Below, piece after piece: positions 10,496 to 19,022 of a stretch of 64,000 bases of DNA. The DNA comes from a virus (Duplodnaviria > Caudoviricetes). How positions within the stretch are numbered: position 1 is the first letter of the stretch; each line of letters begins with the position of its first letter. Position numbers and translations under genes: made by a program. The stretch lies in the IMG/VR virus record IMGVR_UViG_3300042367_000058, positions 2,203 through 66,202 of that record. One strand, written 5' to 3'. Under the pieces are notes generated by a model, which was not told the DNA's origin, did not search any database, and saw nothing but the letters and a program-made list of their open reading frames with translations.

Positions 10496-10960
10496 ATGGA
10501 ATTCACATACAAAATTGAAAATTACATCCAGTCTGAAAAACGACTGTTTGTTATTTACACCCCCACCGACACATCGTTGCCACCTTGGGGTAATTGGGTG
10601 CAATTAGATGACGGCATGACAGAAGACCAGATTAAAGAACGGGTGATTCAGTCCCTTCCTAAATACCGCTGGGAAACTGCTGAAATAACAGCCGCCAAAA
10701 ACCTTGTCAATCATTCTGCCGCAGCAACATTCCAACCCGCGCCAGAACCAGAAGCGCCAGTTTACCCACAACGTACGCCAGAAGAAATGGCAAGAATTCA
10801 ACGCAATCAACTTTTGTTTGCGTCTGATTGGGCGGTGCTATCTGATTCTCCATTGTCTGACGCAAAGAAAGCAGCGTATCTGGCGTACAGACAAGCTTTG
10901 CGTGATGTACCTGAACAAAACGATTTCCCTGACAGTATCACTTGGCCCACAATACCTTAA
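10496..10960 (+). CDS. Tail fibre assembly chaperone
   Basis: RxxRNxLLxxSDW...YRQALRDVP...FP..I.WP signature. Confidence 0.85.
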   Translation: MEFTYKIENYIQSEKRLFVIYTPTDTSLPPWGNWVQLDDGMTEDQIKERVIQSLPKYRWETAEITAAKNLVNHSAAATFQPAPEPEAPVYPQRTPEEMARIQRNQLLFASDWAVLSDSPLSDAKKAAYLAYRQALRDVPEQNDFPDSITWPTIP

Positions 10961-10969
10961 GGCGAGCGA

Positions 10970-11572
10970 ATGACTCTACCTACCGGAACAATATCAATGT
11001 CGCAGGTCAACACCGAGTTGGGGTTAGCCGCGACAACAGCCATCAGCTTAAACCAAGCCAACGTGCGAACTCTTGCAGGCGTGCCAAGTGGCACTATCAG
11101 CATGAGTAACTTACAGGGAAAAACTAACATTACCCCGCAGTTTAATAATGGAAATACGTGGGACTACGGCACCACTTACACGTCTGGTGATTTTAGCAAG
11201 TTACCTAGTATTACTTTTCAATCTGACGGAACTATTACTTATAGCGGGGGGCAGGGCAATAATGTTTATCCATCTCCCACGGCATACTGCACCCCAACTG
11301 GCGCTGGTATTGGAAGCGGTATTGAGTTTAGCGTTTATTTTACAAACACATCGCCAAGCCAATATCGCATGATATGGTTGGGAGAGTTCTACTTTGGTTC
11401 TGGATATAGCACACCGTATGTAAGCGTTGGCACTGCACGCACTTTTTCGTATCAAAGGTACGCCTCTGGAGGCCCCGGCTACGGCTATCTTAATATTACA
11501 GTTACTGTAAGACGAACTGACGGGTCAGGCGCGGTTTCAAGAGCTGGCTATATATACTTATTTGCGGCATAA
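10970..11572 (+). CDS. Tail fibre tip / adhesin-like protein
   Basis: MTLPTGTISMSQVNTELG...SGTISMSNLQGK N-terminal anchoring motif, variable aromatic-rich C-terminus. Confidence 0.7.
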   Translation: MTLPTGTISMSQVNTELGLAATTAISLNQANVRTLAGVPSGTISMSNLQGKTNITPQFNNGNTWDYGTTYTSGDFSKLPSITFQSDGTITYSGGQGNNVYPSPTAYCTPTGAGIGSGIEFSVYFTNTSPSQYRMIWLGEFYFGSGYSTPYVSVGTARTFSYQRYASGGPGYGYLNITVTVRRTDGSGAVSRAGYIYLFAA

Positions 11573-11596
11573 AATCAAACAAATAAGGTCTTTGAA

Positions 11597-12292
11597 ATTG
11601 ATCCAATCTCCATCCTCTTCGCCGCAAATGCTTGTGTCGCTGCCATCAAGGAAGGGTGCGAGCTTTACAAGCAGGCAAAGACTTCTTTCATGGAGGTCAA
11701 GGCTACAGTTGATGAAGCTGTTGGGATTGCCAAGGAAGTTCATGGGTTCTGGGGCAAGCTGGCAAAGATGTTTGGTGGAACCCCCGCCCCTGCCGCGCCC
11801 AAGCCTGTGGCGAAAAAGAAGGAAAAGTACGTTGCTGTTGACGAAACCCAAGTCATGGCGAATGTTGTCAGCCAGCTTACTGAGTTCTTCAAGTTGCAAG
11901 AGCAGTTGGCGGCGCACATAAGAGAAGAGGAAGAAAAGAGCCAGACTGTCTACGACCCCAACGCCAACCTGATGGAAGCCGCCCTGAAGAGGGTTATGGC
12001 TCAAGACCAGATGGCTGCGCTGGAAGTGACGATCAGGGAAACGATGGTGTATCAGTCACCGCCTGAGATGGGGGCGCTGTACAGCAAAGTGTTTGACATG
12101 CGAAGCGTCATACAGGAGGAACAGGAGAAGGCAAGGTTGAAGGAAGAGGCGCAGGAAAGGTACAAGCAATGGCAACGACGGGAGGAAAAAAGAAACTTCC
12201 AAGCAAAGTCGGCGTATCTCGTAGCGACTATCCTATTCCTCCTTTACCTGTGGTTGTGGCTCCTGTTCGTCAGTCGTTTGGGGAAGACGTGA
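11597..12292 (+). CDS. Conserved phage membrane-anchored protein, probably initiated at ATT
   Basis: Frame extends 31 codons upstream of ATG 11690 (IDPISILFAANACVAAIK); no in-frame ATG/GTG/TTG after the stop at 11570; AAGGT 7 nt before ATT; C-terminal TM. Confidence 0.7.
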   Translation: MDPISILFAANACVAAIKEGCELYKQAKTSFMEVKATVDEAVGIAKEVHGFWGKLAKMFGGTPAPAAPKPVAKKKEKYVAVDETQVMANVVSQLTEFFKLQEQLAAHIREEEEKSQTVYDPNANLMEAALKRVMAQDQMAALEVTIRETMVYQSPPEMGALYSKVFDMRSVIQEEQEKARLKEEAQERYKQWQRREEKRNFQAKSAYLVATILFLLYLWLWLLFVSRLGKT

Positions 12293-12459
12293 TGGGCTGG
12301 ATTGCCGCTTGTGTGTTGGTCGCCCTGCTCTTGCCAATGCTGGGAATGTTGTACTTGGACATACTAGATGCCAAGCATGAAGTGAAGATGCAGACTGAGA
12401 AGCTTGAAAAGTTAAGGCGTGAGATGGAACAGGAGAGACGTAAGAATGACAAAACATGA
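12292..12459 (+). CDS. Small membrane protein
   Basis: ATG overlaps previous TGA; N-terminal TM plus coiled coil. Confidence 0.65.
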   Translation: MGWIAACVLVALLLPMLGMLYLDILDAKHEVKMQTEKLEKLRREMEQERRKNDKT

Positions 12460-12649
12460 ACTCAAACTGCTGATGCTTACTGTTTGCGTTGGCATCCTCT
12501 GTGGCTTGCTGGTCGGTTGTGATGACCGCTTTCGTTACCCCTGCCAAGACCCAACAAACTGGAATAACGCAGAGTGCAAGCCGCCAATCTGTACTGCCAC
12601 TGGCACTTGCCCAGAACAGCTTATCAAACCTGAACAGGAGAAAAAGTGA
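12446..12649 (+). CDS. Small Cys-rich lipoprotein
   Basis: Signal peptide with lipobox LVGC; YPCQDPxNW...C...C...CP. Confidence 0.75.
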   Translation: MTKHELKLLMLTVCVGILCGLLVGCDDRFRYPCQDPTNWNNAECKPPICTATGTCPEQLIKPEQEKK

Positions 12650-12969
12650 TGCCTACTGTTGCCTACAAAACAAACAACCGCCTGACCGCCGAAGAGATTG
12701 AAGTGCGCGTCTGGGCTTTTGTCATCATCATTCTGGTGACCATCCTGCTTGGCGCTATGGTGGCGTTCCTGTATTCGGTGACCTACGTCACTCAGCCAAT
12801 GGCAGGCATGGCCCCCATCGACAAAATTTACACCCAGCAGATCAGCACCATCATGGTGTTCATCACAGGCGTTCTGGGCGGAGTGGCTGGACGTTCGGGC
12901 ATCAAAGCTGTAGCCAACGCCGTGGCCAAGGCCGAAGCTAACGATAACGACGAGCCTCCCAAGCCATGA
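12646..12969 (+). CDS. Holin candidate (2 TM)
   Basis: Two hydrophobic helices; directly upstream of spanin and endolysin. Confidence 0.6.
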   Translation: MMPTVAYKTNNRLTAEEIEVRVWAFVIIILVTILLGAMVAFLYSVTYVTQPMAGMAPIDKIYTQQISTIMVFITGVLGGVAGRSGIKAVANAVAKAEANDNDEPPKP

Positions 12970-13415
12970 AGGGTTTACTCTCTGGATTGATTGCCCTGCT
13001 GCTGACCTTTGGCGGCGGGTATTTCTACGGCAAGTATGTCGAGAGAGAAGCCCAGCAGGTGGAAGTTGATCGTTTAAACACTGAAGCACGGGCCAAGGAA
13101 CAGGCTCTAGCCGTTGCCGTAACCACCACCGCTGAAGCACTGAGGAAGACCAATGAAAAAGCCAAACTTGCTACAAAGCAGCGCGATGCTGCTATTGATT
13201 CTGGCGCTCTCAAGCTGCGCGTCAAAACGACCTGCCCCGTACCAGCCTCCCCAGATCCCGCCACTCCCACAGGAGATAGTGGAGGAGAAGCATCAGCCGA
13301 ACTTGACCGAGAGACTGCTAAAGCTCTTGTCGCCATAACCGACGAAGGCAACCGAGCCATTGAAAAGCTCAATGCCTGCATAACCCTTTACAACAACGCT
13401 AGGAGCGCCCAATGA
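12966..13415 (+). CDS. rz: Rz-like inner-membrane spanin
   Basis: N-terminal TM, coiled coil, LRVK..C and C-terminal C. Confidence 0.8.
   Translation: MKGLLSGLIALLLTFGGGYFYGKYVEREAQQVEVDRLNTEARAKEQALAVAVTTTAEALRKTNEKAKLATKQRDAAIDSGALKLRVKTTCPVPASPDPATPTGDSGGEASAELDRETAKALVAITDEGNRAIEKLNACITLYNNARSAQ
13153..13338 (+). CDS. rz1: Rz1-like outer-membrane lipoprotein spanin embedded in Rz (+1 frame)
   Basis: Lipobox LSSC, Pro-rich mature part, fully nested in Rz. Confidence 0.8.
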   Translation: MKKPNLLQSSAMLLLILALSSCASKRPAPYQPPQIPPLPQEIVEEKHQPNLTERLLKLLSP

Positions 13416-13876
13416 ACCTGACCGCTAACTTTTCCCTCCACGAACTGACAAAATCTGAGACTGCACTGCGTCTTGACTTGGACAACACCCCCGGCGAAGC
13501 CGAGACTGCGAGCCTGCGCTTGTTGTGCGAGAAAGTCCTCCAGCCTGTCCGAGACCACTTTGGCAAAGGCGTTAAGGTGAACTCAGGGTTCCGTGCTCCA
13601 GCCGTCAACCAAGCTACCGGAGGCTCAAAGTCCTCAGACCATTGCCTTGGCCGAGCAGCCGATATAGAGATTCCCGGCGTAGCAAACGCTGACTTAGCGC
13701 AGTGGATCATGGATAATCTGGACTACACCCAGTTGATTCTGGAGTTCTACACCCCCGGCATTCCTGACAGTGGCTGGGTGCATGTGTCTTACGACCCAAA
13801 CAATCTGAAAAAGCAAGAATTGACCGCGACCAAGGTAGCTGGTAAAACACAGTATCTCCCCGGTCTTGTAGCTTAA
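13412..13876 (+). CDS. Endolysin, peptidase M15A family
   Basis: NSGFR, SxH-x6-D (SDHCLGRAAD), WVHVS zinc motifs. Confidence 0.88.
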   Translation: MNLTANFSLHELTKSETALRLDLDNTPGEAETASLRLLCEKVLQPVRDHFGKGVKVNSGFRAPAVNQATGGSKSSDHCLGRAADIEIPGVANADLAQWIMDNLDYTQLILEFYTPGIPDSGWVHVSYDPNNLKKQELTATKVAGKTQYLPGLVA

Positions 13877-13887
13877 GCGAGCAAAAA

Positions 13888-15903
13888 ATGCCATTACAGA
13901 AACTGCAATTTAGGCCCGGCATCAACCGCGAAGGCACAACGCTTGCCAACGAAGGCGGTTGGTTTGAGTCGGACAAAGTGCGTTTCCGTTCTGGCTACCC
14001 TGAGAAAATTGGCGGCTGGGCAAAAGACAACGGCCCCAACGCTTCTACGTTAAAACCCACGACTGGTACGTTTTGGGGAGTCTGCCGATCCATGTGGAAT
14101 TGGTTTAACTTGGCGGGGTACAACTTGCTGGGGCTTGGCACAAACCTCAAGTACTACATTCAGAATGGCCCCGGAGGCGCTTTCAACGACATAACTCCAC
14201 TGACAGGTTTGCCTCCCGGCCCCGTAGCTGCGGCCAATGCTTTTGCGGCTACAACCGGCTCCAGCATCATCACGGTAACTGACAATGCTCATGGCGCACA
14301 AGCTGGCGACTTTGTCACTTTTGCAGGCGCAGCATCCTTGGGTGGGAATGTTACCGCCACCATTCTTAATGCCGAACACAGAATAGCCACCTACATCAGT
14401 TCAAGTCAATACACCATCGTTGTGTCTGTTGTAGCAAACGCAAGCGACTCAGGCAACGGCGGCGCATCAACCACGGCGGCATATCAAATTGCTACTGGTG
14501 GCGATATTTATACAGTGGGCGTTGGCTGGGGCTCTGGCGGTTGGGGTGGCGTATCTGGAACAACCACAACAGGATGGGGCTCTCCGGCTCCTGCTGGTTT
14601 GGGTATTGGCATCCAGCTTCGCCTCTGGTCTGAGGCAAACTTTGGACAAAATTTAGTGTTGAACCCCCGTGGCGGGGCGCTGTATTACTGGGTTGTTGAC
14701 AACAACCCTTCTACCTTTAACCGAGCACAAATTTTAAATGCTGCTAATACAAACACACTTGGCGGCGTAGCTTACTGGCAGGCGGACGCTACATGTCCTT
14801 CTTTGGTCAACTACGTGTTGGTATCTGATTCGTCTCGGTTCACCATTGCATTTGGCTGCAATGACCCAACAGGCGTATACGCAACAACCACGCTTGACCC
14901 CATGCAAATCCGGTGGTCAGATCAAGAGTCCGTACTTACATGGACACCTGCGGTCACAAACCAAGCGGGCGACTACCGTGTAAGCCACGGCTCTGAAATT
15001 ATCTCGGTGATACAAACCCGACAAGAGATATTGGTTTTGACCGACGCAGCCCTCTACTCCATGCAGTACATAGGCCCGCCATATGTGTGGGGCTTCCAGT
15101 TAATGGGCGACAACATCTCTATCATGGGGCCAAACGCTGCTATCACGGTTAACAACATCACGTACTGGATGGGTACGGACAAGTTCTATATGTATTCAGG
15201 CCGTGTGGAAACACTCCCCTGCGCCCTGCGCCAGTACGTATATGAGGACATCAACCTTTCGCAGTCATATCAATTCTTTGCTGGCACAAACGAAGGATAT
15301 AACGAGGTCTGGTGGTTCTATTGTTCAGCCAACTCAACAACGATTGACAAATACGTTATCTTCAACCACCTTGAGCGCACATGGTATTACGGAACATTGG
15401 CTAGAAGTTCATGGCTTGATAGCGCATTGAGGGATTCTCCAATGGCTACGGGTTACGATGTAGGCGGCAGCTCCACAAACGGTATTTTGGTCTACCACGA
15501 GGTCGGTAATGACGACGCAAGCGTCAACCCCCCAGTGCCTATTGCTGCATTTTGTCAATCATCTGACTTTGATATTGGTGACGGACACAACTTTGGCTTG
15601 GTTTCTCGCATCATTCCCGATGTGACTTTTGACGGATCAACTGTTAGTGCGCCGTCTTTGGATTTTGGTGTGCGCCCCCGTCAGTTCCCCGGCACAAACT
15701 ATGGCAACTCAGATTCACCGACAGTAACCAGCGCCGACAACTACTCAACCCAGCAGTACTACACCGTGCAACAATTTACGCAACAGGTGTTTGTGCGTAT
15801 TCGTGGTCGGCAAATGGCGCTCAGGATTGAGTCAAATGACCTTGGCGTGGCGTGGCAGTTGGGCGTTCCCAGAATTGATACCCGCCCTGACGGACGCAGA
15901 TAA
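13888..15903 (+). CDS. Tail nozzle / stabilisation protein (P22 gp10 or T7 tubular B-like)
   Basis: IRWSDQE beta-propeller motif, size, RGRQ...DGRR C-terminus. Confidence 0.7.
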   Translation: MPLQKLQFRPGINREGTTLANEGGWFESDKVRFRSGYPEKIGGWAKDNGPNASTLKPTTGTFWGVCRSMWNWFNLAGYNLLGLGTNLKYYIQNGPGGAFNDITPLTGLPPGPVAAANAFAATTGSSIITVTDNAHGAQAGDFVTFAGAASLGGNVTATILNAEHRIATYISSSQYTIVVSVVANASDSGNGGASTTAAYQIATGGDIYTVGVGWGSGGWGGVSGTTTTGWGSPAPAGLGIGIQLRLWSEANFGQNLVLNPRGGALYYWVVDNNPSTFNRAQILNAANTNTLGGVAYWQADATCPSLVNYVLVSDSSRFTIAFGCNDPTGVYATTTLDPMQIRWSDQESVLTWTPAVTNQAGDYRVSHGSEIISVIQTRQEILVLTDAALYSMQYIGPPYVWGFQLMGDNISIMGPNAAITVNNITYWMGTDKFYMYSGRVETLPCALRQYVYEDINLSQSYQFFAGTNEGYNEVWWFYCSANSTTIDKYVIFNHLERTWYYGTLARSSWLDSALRDSPMATGYDVGGSSTNGILVYHEVGNDDASVNPPVPIAAFCQSSDFDIGDGHNFGLVSRIIPDVTFDGSTVSAPSLDFGVRPRQFPGTNYGNSDSPTVTSADNYSTQQYYTVQQFTQQVFVRIRGRQMALRIESNDLGVAWQLGVPRIDTRPDGRR

Positions 15904-16547
15904 TGGTCACCACGTTCAATAGATACCGCCCGTTTGTTCAGCCGCGCTTACCCTCGGCCCCAGCGCAATACGATGCCCAGTTTATTGAGCAGTATTCAAA
16001 TGTGCTGCGTTTGTACTTTAACCAGCTTGATAATCTGACGGGCACGTTGGTTGGAAATACAGGCGGGCGGTTTATTCGGTTTCCATATGGGGCGTTCTCC
16101 AGTGACCAAGACCAGACCGCCACAATAAATACAGCCACGTTAATGACGTTGAACACTACGGACTTTGCCAACGAAGTATCAATCAGCTCATCAAAGATCA
16201 CCGTGAACAACGCTGGTATATATAACCTCCAGTTCAGTGTACAGTTTATAAATACGGACACCGCTTTCCAAGATGTTTATATCTGGCTAAAACAAAACGG
16301 CACAGACATCTCCGGCTCGACTGGATTTGTATCTGTTCCAAACAGACATGCTGGAACTGATGGCCACTCAATCATTGGTTGGAATTATTTTCTAGAAATG
16401 AACGCGACTGACTACGTGGAAATCTATTGGTCTGTTCCTAATGCCGCTGTAACCATCCAACATCTTGCTGCTTCTGGCACGCCAACCAAGCCGTCCACTC
16501 AGTCTGTGGTAGCCACACTTTCATTTGTATCGGCGCTCCCAACATGA
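15903..16547 (+). CDS. Tail needle/short fibre-like protein with C1q-like domain
   Basis: LRLYFNQLD helix followed by AGIYNLQFS beta-sandwich. Confidence 0.55.
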   Translation: MVTTFNRYRPFVQPRLPSAPAQYDAQFIEQYSNVLRLYFNQLDNLTGTLVGNTGGRFIRFPYGAFSSDQDQTATINTATLMTLNTTDFANEVSISSSKITVNNAGIYNLQFSVQFINTDTAFQDVYIWLKQNGTDISGSTGFVSVPNRHAGTDGHSIIGWNYFLEMNATDYVEIYWSVPNAAVTIQHLAASGTPTKPSTQSVVATLSFVSALPT

Positions 16548-16581
16548 TAGTATCCACCAACCCCCGTTTTAAGAGGCAAAA

Positions 16582-18597
16582 ATGAGTTTAAACGCTGCCG
16601 CCCAACACTTGGCTGCGCATGGTCGCGGCCCAGACAATACGCTCGTCCATATGTCTCGCGGGGAAGTCAAAGGTCTTCAGGACTTGGCGATGGCCCACGG
16701 TGGGTCTCTAAGTATTAACCCCCAGACTGGTTTACCCGAAGCTGGCTTTTTGTCCAGCCTTTTGCCGATGATTGGCGGCGCAGCTTTGTCTGCTATGGGT
16801 ATGCCCCCAATGATGGCAAGCTTGGTTATGGGCGGTATCACCGGCGTGAAGTCTGGTAGCTTGAGCAAGGGCTTGATGGCCGGTCTTGGCGCTTATGGTG
16901 GCGCAGGCTTTATGGGCGGATTGATGGGTGCTGGTCAAGGCGCGTTGGCTGAATCTGGAATGCTGGCTGGGCAGATGCCGCAACTTGTAGGCGGAGATAC
17001 CGCAGCTTATGCTCAGCAAGTTGAAGCCCTGCGTTCTGCGCAACTGGCTAAAGCCGCTGAAGCCCCGTTCATGGAGCAAGCAAAGGCTGGTTTCTCCAAG
17101 ATTGGCGAAGCCCCCGGGCAGTTCTTTAAGGACAACTTGAGGTACGCCACTGCCGCAGCCCCGTCTGTGATTCAAGCAATCACCCCAACCACCAAGCAAC
17201 CGGAAATTAAAACCGATACCGACCCCGGCAAGATTGCAAGGGAAGGCTATCAGTTTGACCCCGGCTATGTAGATACAGCTTACGACTCAAACCCATTTGG
17301 CCCAGAAAGAACTTATTTCAAGCCACGGTATTTCAAGCCCGGTTACGCTGGTGGCGGCCCTATCGAGGCTATGTCGGATGCAAACGCTATTGGGGCAAAC
17401 ACTGGCTACCCGATGGCCGACATTAACAAGGGTGCGTATGCAACACCTTATCAGCAGCCCATTTCTCGCAATGTTTTGTCAGGCGTGTCAGATACTGGCG
17501 TAAACCCTATGACTGGCGAGATGAGGTTTGATGAAGGCGGCATTGTTCCGTCCACTACCGGGCAAGGCGGAAAGTTTGAATACGACCCTCTGAATTACAT
17601 GTTTAAACAAATTGAGTCAATGCCGTCCGACAACCAAGAGCAGCCTGCTCAACCTACTCAGATGGGTGGCGGTTACATGTCAAATCAAGGAAATCAAACG
17701 CCGGGAACTACGGGTCTTCCATCTTCAATGGTAAGCGGCGGTGGAAATATCACCCCTATGGCTTATCCATCTTTGGCATTAAGCAAAATGGGCGATGCTG
17801 CGTTAACTGGGATTGGCTTAATTGCAAATAAATTTAGCAAGCCAAACCCCAATCCCAACGCTGTTCAAGTGTCTGATGCGGGAGATATGCTGAATTCGCC
17901 AAGCACATTGGCTGATACACAAGCAAAAGCAGACGCAAACAACGCCCAACAAGCACAAGCCATTGCTACGGCTTTGGCGGGCTTACAAGGTGTTGGCCCA
18001 AGTAGTAGCGGTTTGAGTGCTGGTTTTGGCGCACCCGGAGCAACATCTGGCAACGCCGGTGCAATGGGTTTCGGCCCGGCAGGTATGGCCGCAAAATCTA
18101 TTGGAAGTATCGGCGCTGGTTCTGCTGGCGGTGGTGGAGGCGGTGTTGGCGCTGGTGGGGGTGTGGCAAGTGGTAGTGGCGGCGGTGCTTCTGCTATGGG
18201 CACGGGCGGACATGGAATGGCTGCTACTTCAGGTAGCGCCGCCGCTGCCGCCGCCGCCGCTGCTGGTGCCGCAAAGGGTGGATTAATGGCCGCTTATGCA
18301 AATGGCGGCTCTCATCTTGGCGATTACTCTGACGGCGGTCGGTTGCTCAAAGGCCCCGGTGATGGGGTGTCTGACTCCATCCCGGCCATGATTGGCAGAA
18401 AGCAACCTGCACGTTTAGCTGACGGTGAGTTTGTTGTGCCTGCGCGTATCGTTTCCGAGCTGGGTAATGGCTCGACTGAGGCTGGTGCTCGTAAGTTGTA
18501 CGCCATGATGGACAGAGTCCAAAAGGCTCGCAGAAAAACAGTCGGTAAGGGTCGGGTTGCCAAGAACAGCCGCGCAGAAAGATTCTTGCCAGCATGA
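16582..18597 (+). CDS. Internal virion (ejection) protein
   Basis: GRGPD..LVH..INPQTGLPE N-terminus; GPGDGVSDSIPA..LADGEFVVPA C-terminal module; several xxxGG motifs. Confidence 0.7.
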   Translation: MSLNAAAQHLAAHGRGPDNTLVHMSRGEVKGLQDLAMAHGGSLSINPQTGLPEAGFLSSLLPMIGGAALSAMGMPPMMASLVMGGITGVKSGSLSKGLMAGLGAYGGAGFMGGLMGAGQGALAESGMLAGQMPQLVGGDTAAYAQQVEALRSAQLAKAAEAPFMEQAKAGFSKIGEAPGQFFKDNLRYATAAAPSVIQAITPTTKQPEIKTDTDPGKIAREGYQFDPGYVDTAYDSNPFGPERTYFKPRYFKPGYAGGGPIEAMSDANAIGANTGYPMADINKGAYATPYQQPISRNVLSGVSDTGVNPMTGEMRFDEGGIVPSTTGQGGKFEYDPLNYMFKQIESMPSDNQEQPAQPTQMGGGYMSNQGNQTPGTTGLPSSMVSGGGNITPMAYPSLALSKMGDAALTGIGLIANKFSKPNPNPNAVQVSDAGDMLNSPSTLADTQAKADANNAQQAQAIATALAGLQGVGPSSSGLSAGFGAPGATSGNAGAMGFGPAGMAAKSIGSIGAGSAGGGGGGVGAGGGVASGSGGGASAMGTGGHGMAATSGSAAAAAAAAAGAAKGGLMAAYANGGSHLGDYSDGGRLLKGPGDGVSDSIPAMIGRKQPARLADGEFVVPARIVSELGNGSTEAGARKLYAMMDRVQKARRKTVGKGRVAKNSRAERFLPA

Positions 18598-19022
18598 GGA
18601 TGTCGTTGGTTCCGCCGGGAGCGATAGCAGGAGTAATCCCTCCTCTCTTGCCTTACTTGGTGGAATCTGCAAAGTGGACGCGAGGCCGCGCCACGGTTGA
18701 CGACATTCTGAGGTTTGTGTTGAATGGGCAGATGCAATTGTGGATTGGTCATGACGACAATGAGATCTACGGTCATGTCATAACCGAGATCAAAGCCTAC
18801 CCACAATGCAAGCTGTTAACAATTCAGTATTGCGCAGGGGTTCCAAACCATATGCAATATGTAGAAGACGAGATGTACGACCTGCTTGACAGGTTTGCCA
18901 AGGACGCCGGATGTTCCGGCATTGAGTTTATTGGACGCCCGGGCTGGAAGAAATCTGCCAGTTCTCACGGGTACGAGGTACAGAGTGTGACGTACCAAAA
19001 GTTTTTTAAGGATGAATCATGA
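18594..19022 (+). CDS. Putative GNAT-fold acetyltransferase
   Basis: FAKDAGCSGIEFIGRPGW motif; position before ejection protein. Confidence 0.6.
   Translation: MRMSLVPPGAIAGVIPPLLPYLVESAKWTRGRATVDDILRFVLNGQMQLWIGHDDNEIYGHVITEIKAYPQCKLLTIQYCAGVPNHMQYVEDEMYDLLDRFAKDAGCSGIEFIGRPGWKKSASSHGYEVQSVTYQKFFKDES

Noticed and set aside
4219-11650. Diversity-generating retroelement or invertible tail cassette
   Set aside because: No reverse transcriptase or invertase seen; repeat differences are not adenine-specific and the repeats are direct.
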